The position numbers and the translations under genes were made by a program. 64,000 nt of DNA from the human T2T-CHM13v2.0 reference genome, Homo sapiens, in assembly GCF_009914755.1 (NCBI RefSeq), contig NC_060939.1; one strand, 5' to 3'. The notes under the pieces are model-generated. The model saw only the letters and a program-made list of their open reading frames with translations. It ran no database searches and had not been told where the DNA came from. Positions 44,259-57,945 of the stretch are shown here, piece after piece (position 1 is the first letter of the stretch; each line of letters opens with the position of its first letter).

Positions 44259-45022
44259 TTTCACCTTTCTAAACTGACTGAGGCAAGCGTCTAGAATCAG
44301 CCATTTCTATTCTAAGGTAAACATGAGCCAGTCACTTGCAGAGTTGGTCCCTACCTCCCATCTGGTTCCCTGGCACTTTGTATCCACCTCTTTTTCAGGC
44401 CTGAATACCTCACATTGTAACTCTCTGTCTACATGAGGGCCTCCTCTACCAAGCTAAAAGTTTGTCAAGAAAGAAGACCAGGTCTTAATCTGTATGCCCA
44501 AAACCTACCCATGGTGTTTGTAAACATTAAGCCCTTAATCAATGCTTGTTTAATGAATGTATCCTCTTGCCTTGCCTGATTTACATTTTAAGCCTCTTCT
44601 CTAACTGTGGAAAGACTTTACCTCTACCTAACACAGGAGTTCTTAATTTTAGAGTTCAAGAACACATTTTTATGTACATCTATATGAGCATTTTTCCAGG
44701 AAAGAGGTTCACAGCCTTAATGAGATTCTTAAAGGAATCTCTAACTCCCAAAATTTGGAACCAAACCAAGCCAAAGAACTTCAAGCACTAGGAATCAGAA
44801 GAGAGGCATATTATTAGGCTAAGGGGCCTGCCAAGCATCCATGGAACTATATTGGTAGGAAGCTACCAACTCTGCTTATAGGTAATGTCTCTGAATACAA
44901 AGTAGAAGTAGACAGACTAGTCACTGCTGATAAAATCAGACCAGTCGATGCAATCGTATGCATTCACAAAATACACACCTAAAAGAAACCACAACTTCAG
45001 GGAGATGACAATGATCAGAATA

Positions 45023-45392
45023 CAGATGCTCCTCAACTTACAATGGGCTTACATCCTGATAAACCCATTGTAAGTTGAAAATACAGTAAGCCAAAAATCC
45101 ATTTACTTAATACACCTAACCTACTGAACATCATAGTTTAGTCCAGCCTACCTTAAACATGCTCAGAACACTTATATTAGCCTACAGTTGGGAAAAGTCA
45201 TCTAACACAAAGCCTATTTTATAATCAAGTGTTGAATATCTCATGTAATTTCTTGAAAGCTGTACCTAAAGTGAAAAGAAGAATGTTGGTATAGGTATTC
45301 GAGTTAAGGTTTCTGCTGAATGCATATGGCTTCTGCACCATCATAAAGTTGAAAAATCATTAAATTGACCATAATAAATCAGGGACCATCTG
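45023..45392 (+). mobile_element. MER47A (TcMar-Tigger MITE)
   Basis: cagatgctcctcaacttacaatgg...agggaccatctg terminal inverted repeats flanked by TA on both sides. Confidence 0.88.
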
Positions 45393-45819
45393 TACTATGA
45401 TTTCTAGAAAGCCACAAACTTTTAAAACTGGGTAGCAAAGGTATAGGACTGCAGAGAAAAATATCTATTTTTATTCCAGATTCTAAGTCCTATGCAGAAG
45501 CACAGCCCTGTTCCACATTGAGTGTCCAAATACATACAGGCCTATGCCCTCTAAAACCCTGCTTCATGTGGCTCTGACCCAGCACCCAATCTCTTTGCCT
45601 AACACCTGTGGGTGAGGTGGTGTCCTTCTCCAGTTTTGTGCCTGCTAAGTAGAGCCCACCACTGGAAAAATTTTCATAGGCTAAATTTTAGTGAATTACT
45701 AAGAACAATTTAAAATTGGGGAAGTGTATTTTCTAGAGGTCTGTTTCACCAAGAATTTTCAGTGGCATTAACTAGTTTGGATGAGTTATTTGACATATGA
45801 AGATGTCAGGTAGATACAT

Positions 45820-46524
45820 CCCAGGCCTCTCTGACCTGGACTCTCTGACTGACTAATTATAAATCAGAGGTTCCCATGATCCACTCTTCAGGTTCAACAA
45901 CTAGAATGACTCCCAGAACTCAGGAAAATAGTTAACTTACTATTACTGCTTTACTATAAAGGATACTACTGAGGAACAGCCAAACGGAACAGATGCATAG
46001 GGAGATGTACGTGGAAGGAGCACAGAATGTCATTGTCCTCTCTGTGCACCCCACCCTCCCAGCACCTCTACATGTATACCAACCCAAAAGCTCTCCAAAA
46101 CCCATGATTTAGGGGTGTTTATGAAAGCTTCATTATATAGGCATGATTGATTAATTCTTTGGTCATTGGTGATGAGCTTAATCTCCAGACCCTCTCCCCT
46201 CCCTGGACATCTAGGGTGGACTGAAAGTTCCAACCTTCTAATCATGCTTTGGTCTTTCCAGTGACCAGCCTTCATCCTGAAATTATCTAGGAGCCTCCAG
46301 TCACCAGTCATCTCATTAGCAAACAAGACACTCTTTTCACTCCAGAGAGTCCAAGGGTCTTAGAAAGTCTTGTGTCAGGAACCGAAGACCAAGACCAACT
46401 ATTATAACAAAAGTTGCTCCTATCACCCCTCTCACTCAGGATATTACAAAGGTTTTAGGAATTCTGTGCCAGGAACTGGGGACAAAGACTAAATATGTAT
46501 TTCTTATTATATCACAATATCACA
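45820..46524 (-). mobile_element. MER21-type LTR
   Basis: Ends with tttcttattatatcacaatatcaca (reverse of the MER21 5' end); internal ctagaatgactcccagaactcaggaaa. Confidence 0.8.
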
Positions 46525-46819
46525 CATACTTAATCAAATTACTGTATTTATAATAATAGTAAGATTAGTTATCTAAATGTCCACACAAATGGCATAAATC
46601 ACTGAAGTCCTCAAAAAGAAAATGTTAGAAGCAAATGGAGAATCATTTGAGTCCATTATCATTTTCTACCTTTCTTCTTCTGATACGGCTTTTCTTGAGT
46701 CATTCATTTCTCATACTGAAAATCACTCATTCAAAACCAGCCTTTTAGGTAGAAGGTCAGTACCCATGTATTAGGCTTTAATGTTGGGATTCCGATGATA
46801 TGGAGTGGAGTTTTTCTAC

Positions 46820-47210
46820 CATAAAGGGGAAGATATTTGAATAAGCCTTTAAGAATGAGAAAGTGAAAAACAGGGAAGAATAACATGTGCAAAGATTCAG
46901 TGGCATAAAGAAGGTTTGTATGTTAGGGAACAGCAAGTAGTTCACAGTGGTGGGCACGCTGGGTGGACTGGGAGCTATGGCGAGAGATGAGACTGAAAAG
47001 CGTACAGCCAGCCAGGGAATCTGGATTCATCTTAAATGGTTACAGGGCCATTATAGGATGTTAATCAGGGGAGTGACATATCATATTTGCATTCTGGAAA
47101 GATCATTCTTGCAGCAGTGTGGAAATGGACTGAGGAGACTAGTTGCAGAAGGAGCAGTTAATGTGGTAAGACAGAGATAAAGGATTTGAAAGACATTAAG
47201 GAGGAAGAAT
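46820..47210 (-). mobile_element. L2 fragment
   Basis: ggggagtgacatatcatatttgcattctggaaagatcattcttgcagcagtgtgg. Confidence 0.7.
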
Positions 47211-47214
47211 ACAC

Positions 47215-48620
47215 TTATATGACTCCCTTCATAACTGTGGGGTAAAAATATAGTCCAATCTCTTCTTTTCCCAGTTCATTGGTTTTGAGACCCCATTAGT
47301 CTATGTTATTAGCAACAATTCCAGTATCTCCCTCCTGAAGCTGCTCCACAGCCCTACCCCAAATTGTTGAAAAATGCTGAGGTCTGTCCTGGTTCCAAAT
47401 ACCAGGTCGAAACAGAATAGAAAGCCTGATGAGTCCAAGATGAGTCCACATTTCTAGCTGCTGCAGCTCCTGGTAAAACCATAGAGTTGTTACTTTTGTC
47501 CATTGCTGCCACAAACCCTGGTGTTCCAGATCCCTGCAAAGACAACTGTGATGCCTCACACTTGGGATCCCAGGGGACTGCTGCTTTACCTTAACTCATA
47601 TACACTGTCAAAGGATCGATACTGTGCCAGAAACCCAGGCTCAGCCACAAGCCCTCCTTCATGAGCCTAGAAAGGCCCTAATGCTAGCCAGTTCAACATT
47701 CTCCTTTCTCCATAGTGAGTTTCCCTTTGGGCCCCTTGGAGTCCTTTCTTTCCAAGGGACCTCTGCTGGGACAACATCAATCCATCAGAGAGGTTCGAGT
47801 AAAACTGAGCGAAAAAAGAGAAAGGAGCTAGAGTTGGACTGCCTTTCCTCCAGGAAGTTCCTTGGCCCCTATACAGGCAATCAGCACTGTGAGACTTTGT
47901 CTCGCCACCAATTTCCTGTCACTCTTCTCCCAGAATCATGGTTACTCATTTGCACTATATTTGCATAATTAATAGGGTTAAGTCCAGTCTTTGGGGAAGG
48001 GTGACTTTCCATGTCCACCTAAAGAGCAAGTGCCTGGACATTCCTCACAATTTAGAAAAGAAAAGAAAAAAAGAAGTGAAATGTCTGTCTTTAGTGACTA
48101 AGTAGATGGGGATGCAACTGCTCCTGTTCTGAGTGCCAGCAACAGGGCAGTGGCCCCAGATGAAAGTCGCCCCACTGCAAGGCTTGGCCAGTGACTGGAG
48201 CCTCCTGTGTAAGAAGAAGCAGTGTGCCAGCAAGCACCATTCATCAAATGGAACACAGCAGATTTCAGCCACTTCTTTCCCTCAGCCAGTCACCTCTGGA
48301 CAGTGTACAGTGACGCAGTCGTCCTGCCTGAAACTAAGGCAGAATGTTCTTCTTCAAGAAGTTAGGTTCCGGGATGAGTCTGTGGCATCAGCCAATTAAA
48401 GTCCTTTCCAAAGAGTCTCATCTATTAAAGAAGAGAGATCCTGATAAGATAAAGATGGCAGAAGGGGATTGTTTGATGGGTACACTTTTTTTCATGGGGC
48501 TGGGGAAGTACTGGACTGAAAGTGATAAAGTCTCTCAACTAATGTGACTCCTTCCTAGCTCAGAAAAGAGAATTATCTGTGAATTCTCTCACCCTCTCTG
48601 AAGTGCCAGTTACCAGGGGG
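47215..48620 (-). mobile_element. Highly decayed LTR-retroelement pol relic (RNase H + integrase), Gypsy/ERV-like
   Basis: Collinear minus-strand motif remnants across frames: ADATD (~TDASD), GATFI..HCP, G*H*GLSRL...W, VAAMDK, QDRPQHFSTIW..VEQL (~SDRGPQFTS.IW) and TNGVSKPMN (~TNGQSERMN). Confidence 0.5.
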
Positions 48621-48680
48621 ACAGTCATCAGTCTATCTTCTTTGTACTTCTTTCAAGAGGCTTAAAGCCCTGTGAGGGGG

Positions 48681-48718
48681 TAGATAGATAGATAGATAGA
48701 GAGCGAGTGATAGATAGA
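48681..48718. repeat. (TAGA)n / GA microsatellite
   Basis: tagatagatagatagatagagagcgagtgatagataga. Confidence 0.85.
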
Positions 48719-50716
48719 GAATTTTAAAAGCTAGACTAGCAATTACTCACCAAAAAGAAAAAACAATTTCCTGTTTTGTGCTGTCAGTAAAATGTAAAAT
48801 TTTACAGAATGCCCGCAAGTGATTCTCTTTAAGTGCTGCAAAACGATTATTTTCTACAAAGTCGAAAAAAAAATTTTTAATGCTGATAGGAAAAGATCAT
48901 CTTATTAGGTGCTTTGTAATGTAGGGGGAACTCCAGTCAATAAGCAGTGTGAGGTGGAAGGAAAGAACCCCCAGAGGGAGATGAGACTTGTACGCCACAC
49001 CAGCTGCACTACCAACTATGTGGCCTTCAGTGACCACCTCACAGGAATCCTTCAGTTACCCACCTGGAGGGCTACTTAAATACCAAACAGAATAGCTTAT
49101 GTGTGAAATGCTTTGCAACTATAAACGATTATTCACCTGCATTATAATTATGTTTCTACAAATTGTGCTTGTCAGTTCACATCCCAAAAGGACCTAAACA
49201 TTAGACACCATTTTACAAATTATAAAAGGTCATTATGAAGTTCTGAAATACACTCTGGCTGAAGAAAATACAGAGCACTTTGGGAAAAAAAATAACACAT
49301 CATCCACGTCTTCAATTCTACATCCTAAATAAACAGTTTAATCCCATCACATAACACAGCAAAGCCTGTTATCCGATAAAAGGAGAGTACTAAACCCTCA
49401 ATTTAAGGACCAGTTACAACTGATTAAAGTAAGGATACTTATAATTTAGTGTGTAAGAATGTATGCTGAAATATAATTAGTGCCTATGAATTAAAGCAGG
49501 ATGGATTAGGCTAATTCCTGGAATGCTATTAGAGAGAAGACCCTAGGTTTAAAAAAAAAAGAAAGAAAGAAAGAAAGAAAAGAAGAAGAAAAAAGAATGA
49601 TCTTTGTGTTTGCACAGCAGCTAAGCCGCTTAATGTCCCTCTAATGGATCTGAATGGGAAGAAAGGGGAGAAGGGGAGTGGAGCCCTCCCCATGGCGTCA
49701 GCCCACGCTACGCCTGCCTGGCACTGCAGCCCTGGAAACCTGGGTACAAGGCAGAAGGGGCTGAGTTGCATGCCCTCCGCTCACTTCCCAGCTTAATTTA
49801 TATGGTAATTAGAGCTCTGCTGCCAGAAGGGAGAGCATCTGCCAAAAGTAAAGTCCTCACAATAACAAAACTGACATTAGCTGTGATGCCGCCAAAGTGC
49901 TGACTAAGAAATTTCTTTTATCTCCTTTTGAAGCCATAAAGTGCATTCATGTTATTACTAGTCGGGAATTTTTAACAGTCTTGCACTGACAGCAATTATT
50001 TAACACATGCACAAAACAATAGAGTTTCACACCACGTAATCAACCTTTGAGCTCCGTGACTTCCAATGCTCTCACTGGCTGGATTTTATGGTCTGGTAGC
50101 TCCTGAACAGCCAAGTATATAAGCCACAAAAACAGTATAAAAATGATTTGAAGCAACCACTTCTTGTGCCCTTGCAGATTTATTTAATGACTGAGGCACA
50201 CTCCATGATCATGGGCCAATTAAAAGATTTGTCTGCCCACCTTATTCGCTGTGTTTGACTGCTACAATAAGTCTCTGCGAAGGAATCAAGCTGAACGCAT
50301 GGTTGTTGACCTGTCCCTATATCCAATTTTTCCAAAACATCAGCCAGAATAAGATTTAAGTATTTTAGCAATCTATTTAAGGTGGACTATATTACTACCT
50401 TTCTCAGTAAAAGAATTCATTCAAATATTGTATTTGAATATCAACTCTGCTAAGGCCCAAAATAGAATACTATATACAAAGGAGAAGAAAATCAAGAAAA
50501 CTGCTTTCAGGTATCATCTAACTGAGGAGTTGTAATCAAATAATAGTGATAGAGGCTGTGTGTGTTTAAAGAACTCTCCTGGAAGTCAGATGTGGGTTAT
50601 GGACAAGTCACCAAAGCCCTATGTCTGGTGTCCTTATCTGTAACAATAGAGGTAGTGATAGCTATGCCACCTGCCTCTAAGGTTTTCATGAAGATGAAAC
50701 AAAAACTGAAGGAACA

Positions 50717-50885
50717 CAGAAGAATAGATTTTAAATATTCTCATCACAAAAAAAAATGATAAGAAGGTGAAGTGATGGATATATATTTATCAGCTTGATT
50801 TAATCTTTCTACAATATATATACATATCAAAAGACCACACTGTACCCTATAAATATATTCAACTATTATTTGTCAAATAAATTTA
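50717..50885 (+). mobile_element. L1MA 3' terminal fragment inserted in a MIR (~50560-50940)
   Basis: gaatagattttaaatattctcatcacaaaa...tattatttgtcaa; degenerate TSD aaaaactgaaggaaca / aaaaactgcagtaaca. Confidence 0.82.
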
Positions 50886-51253
50886 AAAACTGCAGTAACA
50901 AGCACTTTGCAAACTATGATGCACTATATAAATAAAGGAATAATTATTCTCTGCAAATGATACCAAGAGATTTATTTTTTTTTTTTGGCCACTCTAATTC
51001 AAGGATTTTAGTATGTAACCATCATAGCCATGGAGACCTTGAAATCTAATTGCATTTACTAATTTACTATGAGTTATCACTAGGAATTCCCTAACTCAGT
51101 ATCAAGAATATAGAAATCAGAATATCAAAGTTTTAAGAATTATGAAATTTGTCTAAAGGGAACATATGGTTTAAAATAGATGGCTAAAACCAGCAAGCAT
51201 TATAAAACAAAGTCAACTTTTAAAAGACTCAAATTATATACACAAAATCCTCA

Positions 51254-51654
<401 letters not shown>

Positions 51655-53029
51655 TCATTTTTAAAGGCATTTTTAGTAAACTAGTTTTAAGTATTAAAAA
51701 CATACTTAATGTAAGTCAGGTACAATATAGAAAGGTCATAATCAATCACATAATCTCTTTCTTAGCCCATTTATCTGCCCATACATCTGTAACAGAGATG
51801 TGCTGTCAGTAGGGTTTACATTTTCCCAGCAAACGGAATCATAGAACAATAGGGTTTTAGAGCTCTGTCTTGCTTTTATGTAGGTTGTACTTCCCTAACA
51901 TTTGCATATGCCAGCATTTCACCTATTTTCTTAAACTGCATGCAATAGGCATGCCATGCCCACCATTTTGAAAAGGTACTAGCTGCCTACCTGGGATTAG
52001 TCCTTGACCTCTACATCAAAATACACTTCTGGTCATTGCCTTTGGTGTTTAATTGCCTTTGGTGTTCTCTGTCAGCCTCCCCTCCATGGCTGCCAATCCC
52101 CATCTGTACCCCGTGGCACCCAGTACCCAACTGTTCCTCTTCTGCTTGCCTCACTCTGCTCCTTCTCTCTAAATGATAACTCACACTCTGCCTATAAAGT
52201 TTTCTTGCCAAAGTATCACATTCTACTTTACACACTTTACCCTTCAAAGCCTTTAAATTATTGTTTATATACTCCCATGAGTTATATTTATTTGTGTCCC
52301 CTATATAATTTTAAATTCTTATGGACACAAATTTAATGTTACTATTTTTCACAGTCAAATTCAATATTACCATATTACTTTCATATGCAGAAGTATGACA
52401 ATGGGTAGACTTCCCACACTATGCAAATTCCTGCTTTTTGACAGATAGTTAAATCTTAATACACTGTTAGGAGCCCACTGACTACGGGACATTGTTTGAG
52501 TTGCTAAGAAAATTTTCTGAAGGATAATCTTAGGCCATTGATGTTGATCATGTGTGTTTGCACACAACGTAGAGATAGAATAAATAAAAATTAAACCAGT
52601 GAGCTTACTACTTCTTGCTAACATTCAATTCAAATATTAAAAGTAGACTCACTCAAGAAAAAAATTACATTCCTCTATGTTTTTAATTGTCACTGCTTAT
52701 CTAAACCTTAGATACTAAGAAATGAAGGTAAGAAGAGATTAGCAGCAAACTTCAAAGGTAGTAGCAGGCGCTTTCGCAAGAACATAATTAGATGGTGATT
52801 TCATTGACATTACTTACTCAAAACACACTCTAGAGATGATGCAGGGCTTATACATGAAAGTATATAAATGCTTTTGATGGATCACTTCAAGAAACAAAAA
52901 GCAGGCTGCAATACCCAGCATATATTTCTCACAAATGACTCCATATGAAAATAAGAGAGAAAAATAGCACCTTGCAAAACTTTTCAATATTGTAGAACAG
53001 TAAATAAAATTAACACTTTAGAGGTAGTA

Positions 53030-53600
53030 AAATCTGTAACATATGTGACAAAGAGTATATGTTTTAAATATATAAAGACAGCTTTCCAATACAAAACGAA
53101 AAGAATACCTTAATAAAATAAATAAATGAAAAAAGATACAAATGGGCAATGCACTGAAGAAGAAACACAAACTGCCAATAAACAACTGAAAACATGTCCA
53201 AATTTACTAGGAACCAAAAAAATATAAATTAAAGCAACTATATCATTTTTAAACTCTGAGATTGGCAGAAAAAGAATACTAACACTATAGGTATAGCACT
53301 CTAGAATATTCTTAGTGCAAGAATAAATTACACAACCTCTCTGGAGGACAATTTGGCAACACACAGCCAAACTCTACACATACACTCTCAGCACTTCCAC
53401 TTAAGAATATATCCTAAGACAATAATTAAACAAATGCTCACTCTGTCATGGTTTATAATAACAATATTGGACATTACTAGAAATGAACAGAGAAAGGCCT
53501 CATTCAATAGACACACTCATATAGTACCATAATGTATTGTTAAGTGAAAAAGCAGGCTATAAAATGTATGTAGAATATGATCCTGGTTTGTAAAAAGACA
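53030..53600 (+). mobile_element. L1ME-type 3' fragment
   Basis: gaagaagaaacacaaactgccaataaaca; acaacctctctggaggacaatttggcaa. Confidence 0.75.
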
Positions 53601-53670
53601 AAAAAAGGAGGAAGGAAGGAGAGGAGAGGGAAGGAGATTGAAGAAGAGAGGAAAGGAGGAGGGGGAAGGG

Positions 53671-53675
<5 letters not shown>

Positions 53676-53711
<36 letters not shown>
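53676..53711. repeat. (TG)18 microsatellite
   Basis: Perfect TG run next to a GA-rich tract at 53601-53670. Confidence 0.97.
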
Positions 53712-53713
<2 letters not shown>

Positions 53714-54842
53714 GGGATGGGGGGAGGTAAGCATTTGGGGTATGTGTGAATAGGGAAAACCTCAGACAGGATCATGACCAAGTGTTAACTATGCTTGTAT
53801 GCATAATTTTTCTTTTCTTCTTTATATTTTTCTAGAATGCCTGAATGCCCCCAAAAGCTATTTTCACTACGAAAATAAATTTAAACTGTAATCACATTTG
53901 CATAGCCACTTTATAATTAAAGAGAAATCTTTCAACAAATTCTCCATCATTATCTTCAGAGGCAGTCAGTGATTATTTCTAGTTGGGTACAAGAGAACCT
54001 TTCACATTCACAAAGTGTGTTTCTAGATATACCAAACAAAAACAAAAACAAAAAAACCTAAAACTTGCTCTGTGTCCACAGAGACTCTTTAAAAATATTC
54101 TCTAGTACTTCCCAGTGGGAAGCGCCTCAGTGGAGGCAGGGCCTGAAACCTCATTCCATGTATTAGATACTGGTTGGCCAATAAGAATGTGAAGAGTTAA
54201 ATGCCCTTCCAGAATACTTAATGTATGGAATGAACTGGGATAAATAATAATTACATTAGCAAATACTGCCCAAAGAAAGATTTCTGAGATATTCTAACTT
54301 CAGGAATCAAATACAAACTGAGTCGACATCAAGCTCAGCAGCATATAAGAATGAAGTAAGACACTCTGCCCTGTGCTTCCCAAATTCGTCTTCGCTCGTC
54401 ACTCCCAAGTTAAGAAAAGCCTATAACAGAAAAATAATAAAACAAGAAAGTTTCCATCATTTTAGATAGACATTGTGAATAATTCTACAAAGACACACTT
54501 CTCCTACTTCTCAATATGTCCAAGATGTGAAATTGAGCGTATTCTTTCTTTTCCAAGATTACACATATGGTTTCAATAAATCTTTTATTTCAATTTTCAT
54601 TTCTTGGCCATCATTTTTTAGATCAAATCTAACAACCCATGTCAGACTCACTTTAAAAACACACAGCTAGACACTTCTATGGGACCTCTCTCTTCACTAT
54701 TTTTAGACTCTCCTAGAATCTTACTAATGCCTGTTTCTTCTATACCCCTAGAAAATTAGAATGTTGGGGAAATGTTTACTTTAAAAAAAAAAATAAACCA
54801 ATGTATCTGAGTGCTACATAAATCACCTTTTTCTACTCTGAA

Positions 54843-55155
54843 ACTGCCCTGTCAATAGTCACTAGCCACATGGGGCAATGGAGACCTTGAAAGGTGGCTG
54901 AGTCCAAATCAAGATGTGTTGAAAGTGTACAAAACACACTGGATTTCAAATATATATATATATAAAATATTAATTGTATATATATATATAATATACAATT
55001 AATAATGTTTATATTAATTACATGTCACAATGATGTTTGACTATAGTGAGTTAAATATAATTTCATCTGCTTCTTTTTGCCTTTTTGATGTGACTAGCAG
55101 AAGATTTAAAATTACTTATGTGGCTGCATTGTGTTTCTGTTGGATGGTGCTGGTC
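54843..55155. mobile_element. MER33/MER3-type hAT element with internal AT expansion
   Basis: gtcactagccacatg...aaaacacactggatttcaaa...aaaattacttatgtggctgcatt...ttggatggtgctg. Confidence 0.8.
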
Positions 55156-55636
55156 TGGAATGCTAGTTCATCATGTCGAGATTCTTACTGCCATTTCTGT
55201 AACTCTGCAAATACTCAGTATTCTCTTTAAATAATAGGTCTTCATCAGTGGCATTACTCAAGAGATTTGCTCCCTCTACCACACTCGGTAAAACACCTGC
55301 CACTAGTTACTCCTTTTCCCCAAAATTAACGTCTGTGCTTACTAGAAGCTTTAGCTCTACTTTAATCTGAGCACTCTGCACTCCTCGTGATCAGTGTTTT
55401 CCCCAGCGGTGTTCTGCCCCTTTGTGCCACATACACTTGAGCAGTGGAGTGGCGTTATAGTTTGCCAATGCTGGTGGATGGCGTAACTTTCAGTTTGGGG
55501 TTCAAACTCGCTTCCCACAGGGCAAACACACTAAAGTGCCACCACAATTCCCTTGCAAAACTCATTCATTCCCTGAATTCTCCCAGTGCACCAGGAGGAA
55601 TGTTAACCATTTTATACCTGCCCAAAAGTGGCCTAC

Positions 55637-56065
55637 TGTATCAGTTAGGATTGCTTTCATAAAAGAAACCCAATGACCTGCCTGGCATAACCAAGGTTGG
55701 TTTATTTTCCAACTTAAGAAATTGGTCAGAGGTAAACAGATAAGAGGTGATGCAATAGCTTTATGATGGGACAACTGCCCTAGCCTCCTCTGTCTTTCCG
55801 ACCTGCCCTTGTGGTCTCAAGATGCCTCCTGAATGTTCAGGCAGTGTATCTATGCTCCAACTAAGAAGGGAAAAGATGAAGGGCAAAAGGCACATGTCAG
55901 CGGTTTTTCTTTTTATCAGGAGACTTCCGCTTTTATCTGACTGGCCAGAACTAACTTATGTGGTCACCCTAGTTACAAGGGAGTCTGAGACAGCATTTTT
56001 AACTAGAATTTTATCAGTAAGGAAGAACGGTAAATGGATTTGCAGTTGTTAATGTGTACCATAGC
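55637..56065 (-). mobile_element. Old MLT1-type MaLR LTR
   Basis: tgtatcagttaggattgcttt start; tctgactggccagaact...tggtcaccctagttacaagggagtctgaga. Confidence 0.7.
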
Positions 56066-57656
56066 TATATTTTCACAAATATTATTGCAATTTTGTTAGA
56101 GATACGAATAAATGCCTAGGGATAAGGGGATTAAAGAAAAATCCAACAAAATTCACAATCTTAATGTTGGATACAAAGTTGGGAGAATGGAAACTTTGAG
56201 AATATAATGTCTATTATGTGGATCATTTCATTTTATTGAACGTCCACTTTTTTGAATAGTTCTTACAACAACTTTCAGCATGTATCTTTGTTGATAGTAA
56301 AAGTATAATCAACCTGCCAGTAATATCTTTTCTAAAAGTTTAGTTCATATTAAATCAAATAGCTGCTTAGAAAACTTTATCCACCAGTCACAGCCTGCTA
56401 TTCAACATGGCCTCACTCTACTTTTATAATTTTACTTCCTTCTATTTCCTGTCATCCGGAGTGGATGAAAGCAGACCTCCAATGTGAAAACGAGTTTCTT
56501 CCTGAGTCATCTGCAAAATTCCACACTCCTGTCACCCATCTGATCCAATACCAAATTCAGCATTCCACTCAAATTTCTGAAGCACTGTTGTTGCTAATAA
56601 GAACCACTGTCTGTTTTTCAATCACTACCACTAGAAGATATTTTTTTAAAAGACATAGAAACATAGCTTCAGTAGTTCACAAGTATTAAGGCCTACACCA
56701 TGCCAAGCTGAGAATGGGAGAGCTGCACTGCCTGAGGATGCCAGGCCCTCAGCTGGGAGCACTCACTCACTCACTACGTGATTCACTCCCAAACAAGAGC
56801 CCTGCAGAAAGCCTGATTCAAGTTCTTGGTTCAGCAAAATTCAAGTTTCTAAAATGTCATATATCTTTATGGCATTGGCAAAAAGTCAGAACTTTCTATG
56901 ATTAACTCATAAATGTTACTGATCAATTCTGTTCCCTGTAATGGCCCAAGCTTTCCAAAAGCTGGCCCTTTTCCACAAAGTGTCTTCTTTCTGTAACACC
57001 CACCCCCATCTATACCAAATGAAACCCTACTCATTCCTCAAGGCTCAATTCTGACTTCACATTTTCCACAAAGCCTTTCCAAATCGCTCTGCTATAACTG
57101 TTCTCTATTTTGATCAAATACAGCACTTTATTTCTATTTCTCTCATGTCATTTATTTCTGCCTTATATTTTCGATCAGTCTCAGCCTCTCCCACTAGATC
57201 AAAAGCTTGACTCTATACTCTTAGCAGAGCATTTTATTTATTTGTTTGCACTGAATTAAATCTGGATTTGTTTTGTTTTTGTGACAGACAAAAAGTAATT
57301 GTGCAACATCATTGACCACAATGTTTTTTTAAAGTCTGGTCACAAATTATGACTGTCAAAATAATAATCAGCCCATTGCTTTCCACTTTGAGCTCCAGAG
57401 AAAATTACTACAAACATATGAAGGGATGTCCTATGGCCTTGAGCACAGAGGAAAGATTGCCCACCCCAGTGTCTATACAAGGCTTTCACTACTCCACTAT
57501 GCAGCCCATAGGTCCCCATATAAATTCAGCAGAAGAATCCAGTTACACAACGATTCTTGAGCATCTGCAAAGGATGAATAGATTTCCTGAACCCAAAAAT
57601 TGGGACACAGAATCTTTGTGCCATTCCAGGTGAGTTCCCATTTAAAATACAGCTTT

Positions 57657-57945
57657 GATTGGATGCAGTGGCTCACTCATGTAATCCCAGCACTTGGGGA
57701 GGCCGAGACAGGCAGACTGCTTGAGCCCACGAGTTCAAGACCAACCTGGGCAACATAGTGAGACCTCACCTCTACAAAAAATACAAAAATTAGCTGGGCA
57801 TGGTGGTGCGTGCCTGTAGTCCCAGCTATTTGGGGGGCTGAGGTGGAAGGATCACTTGAGCCCAAGGGGCAGGGGTTGCGGTGAGTCAAGATTGCACCAC
57901 TGCACTCCAGCCTGGGTGACAAAGTGAGACCCTGTCTTAAAAAAA
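57657..57945 (+). mobile_element. AluJb
   Basis: gcttgagcccacgagttcaagaccaacctgggcaacatagtgagacc and a J-type right arm. Confidence 0.93.

Noticed and set aside
48751-48780. Minus-strand 30-nt micro-exon candidate with GTGAGT donor
   Set aside because: Weak acceptor and U-rich, intron-like body.
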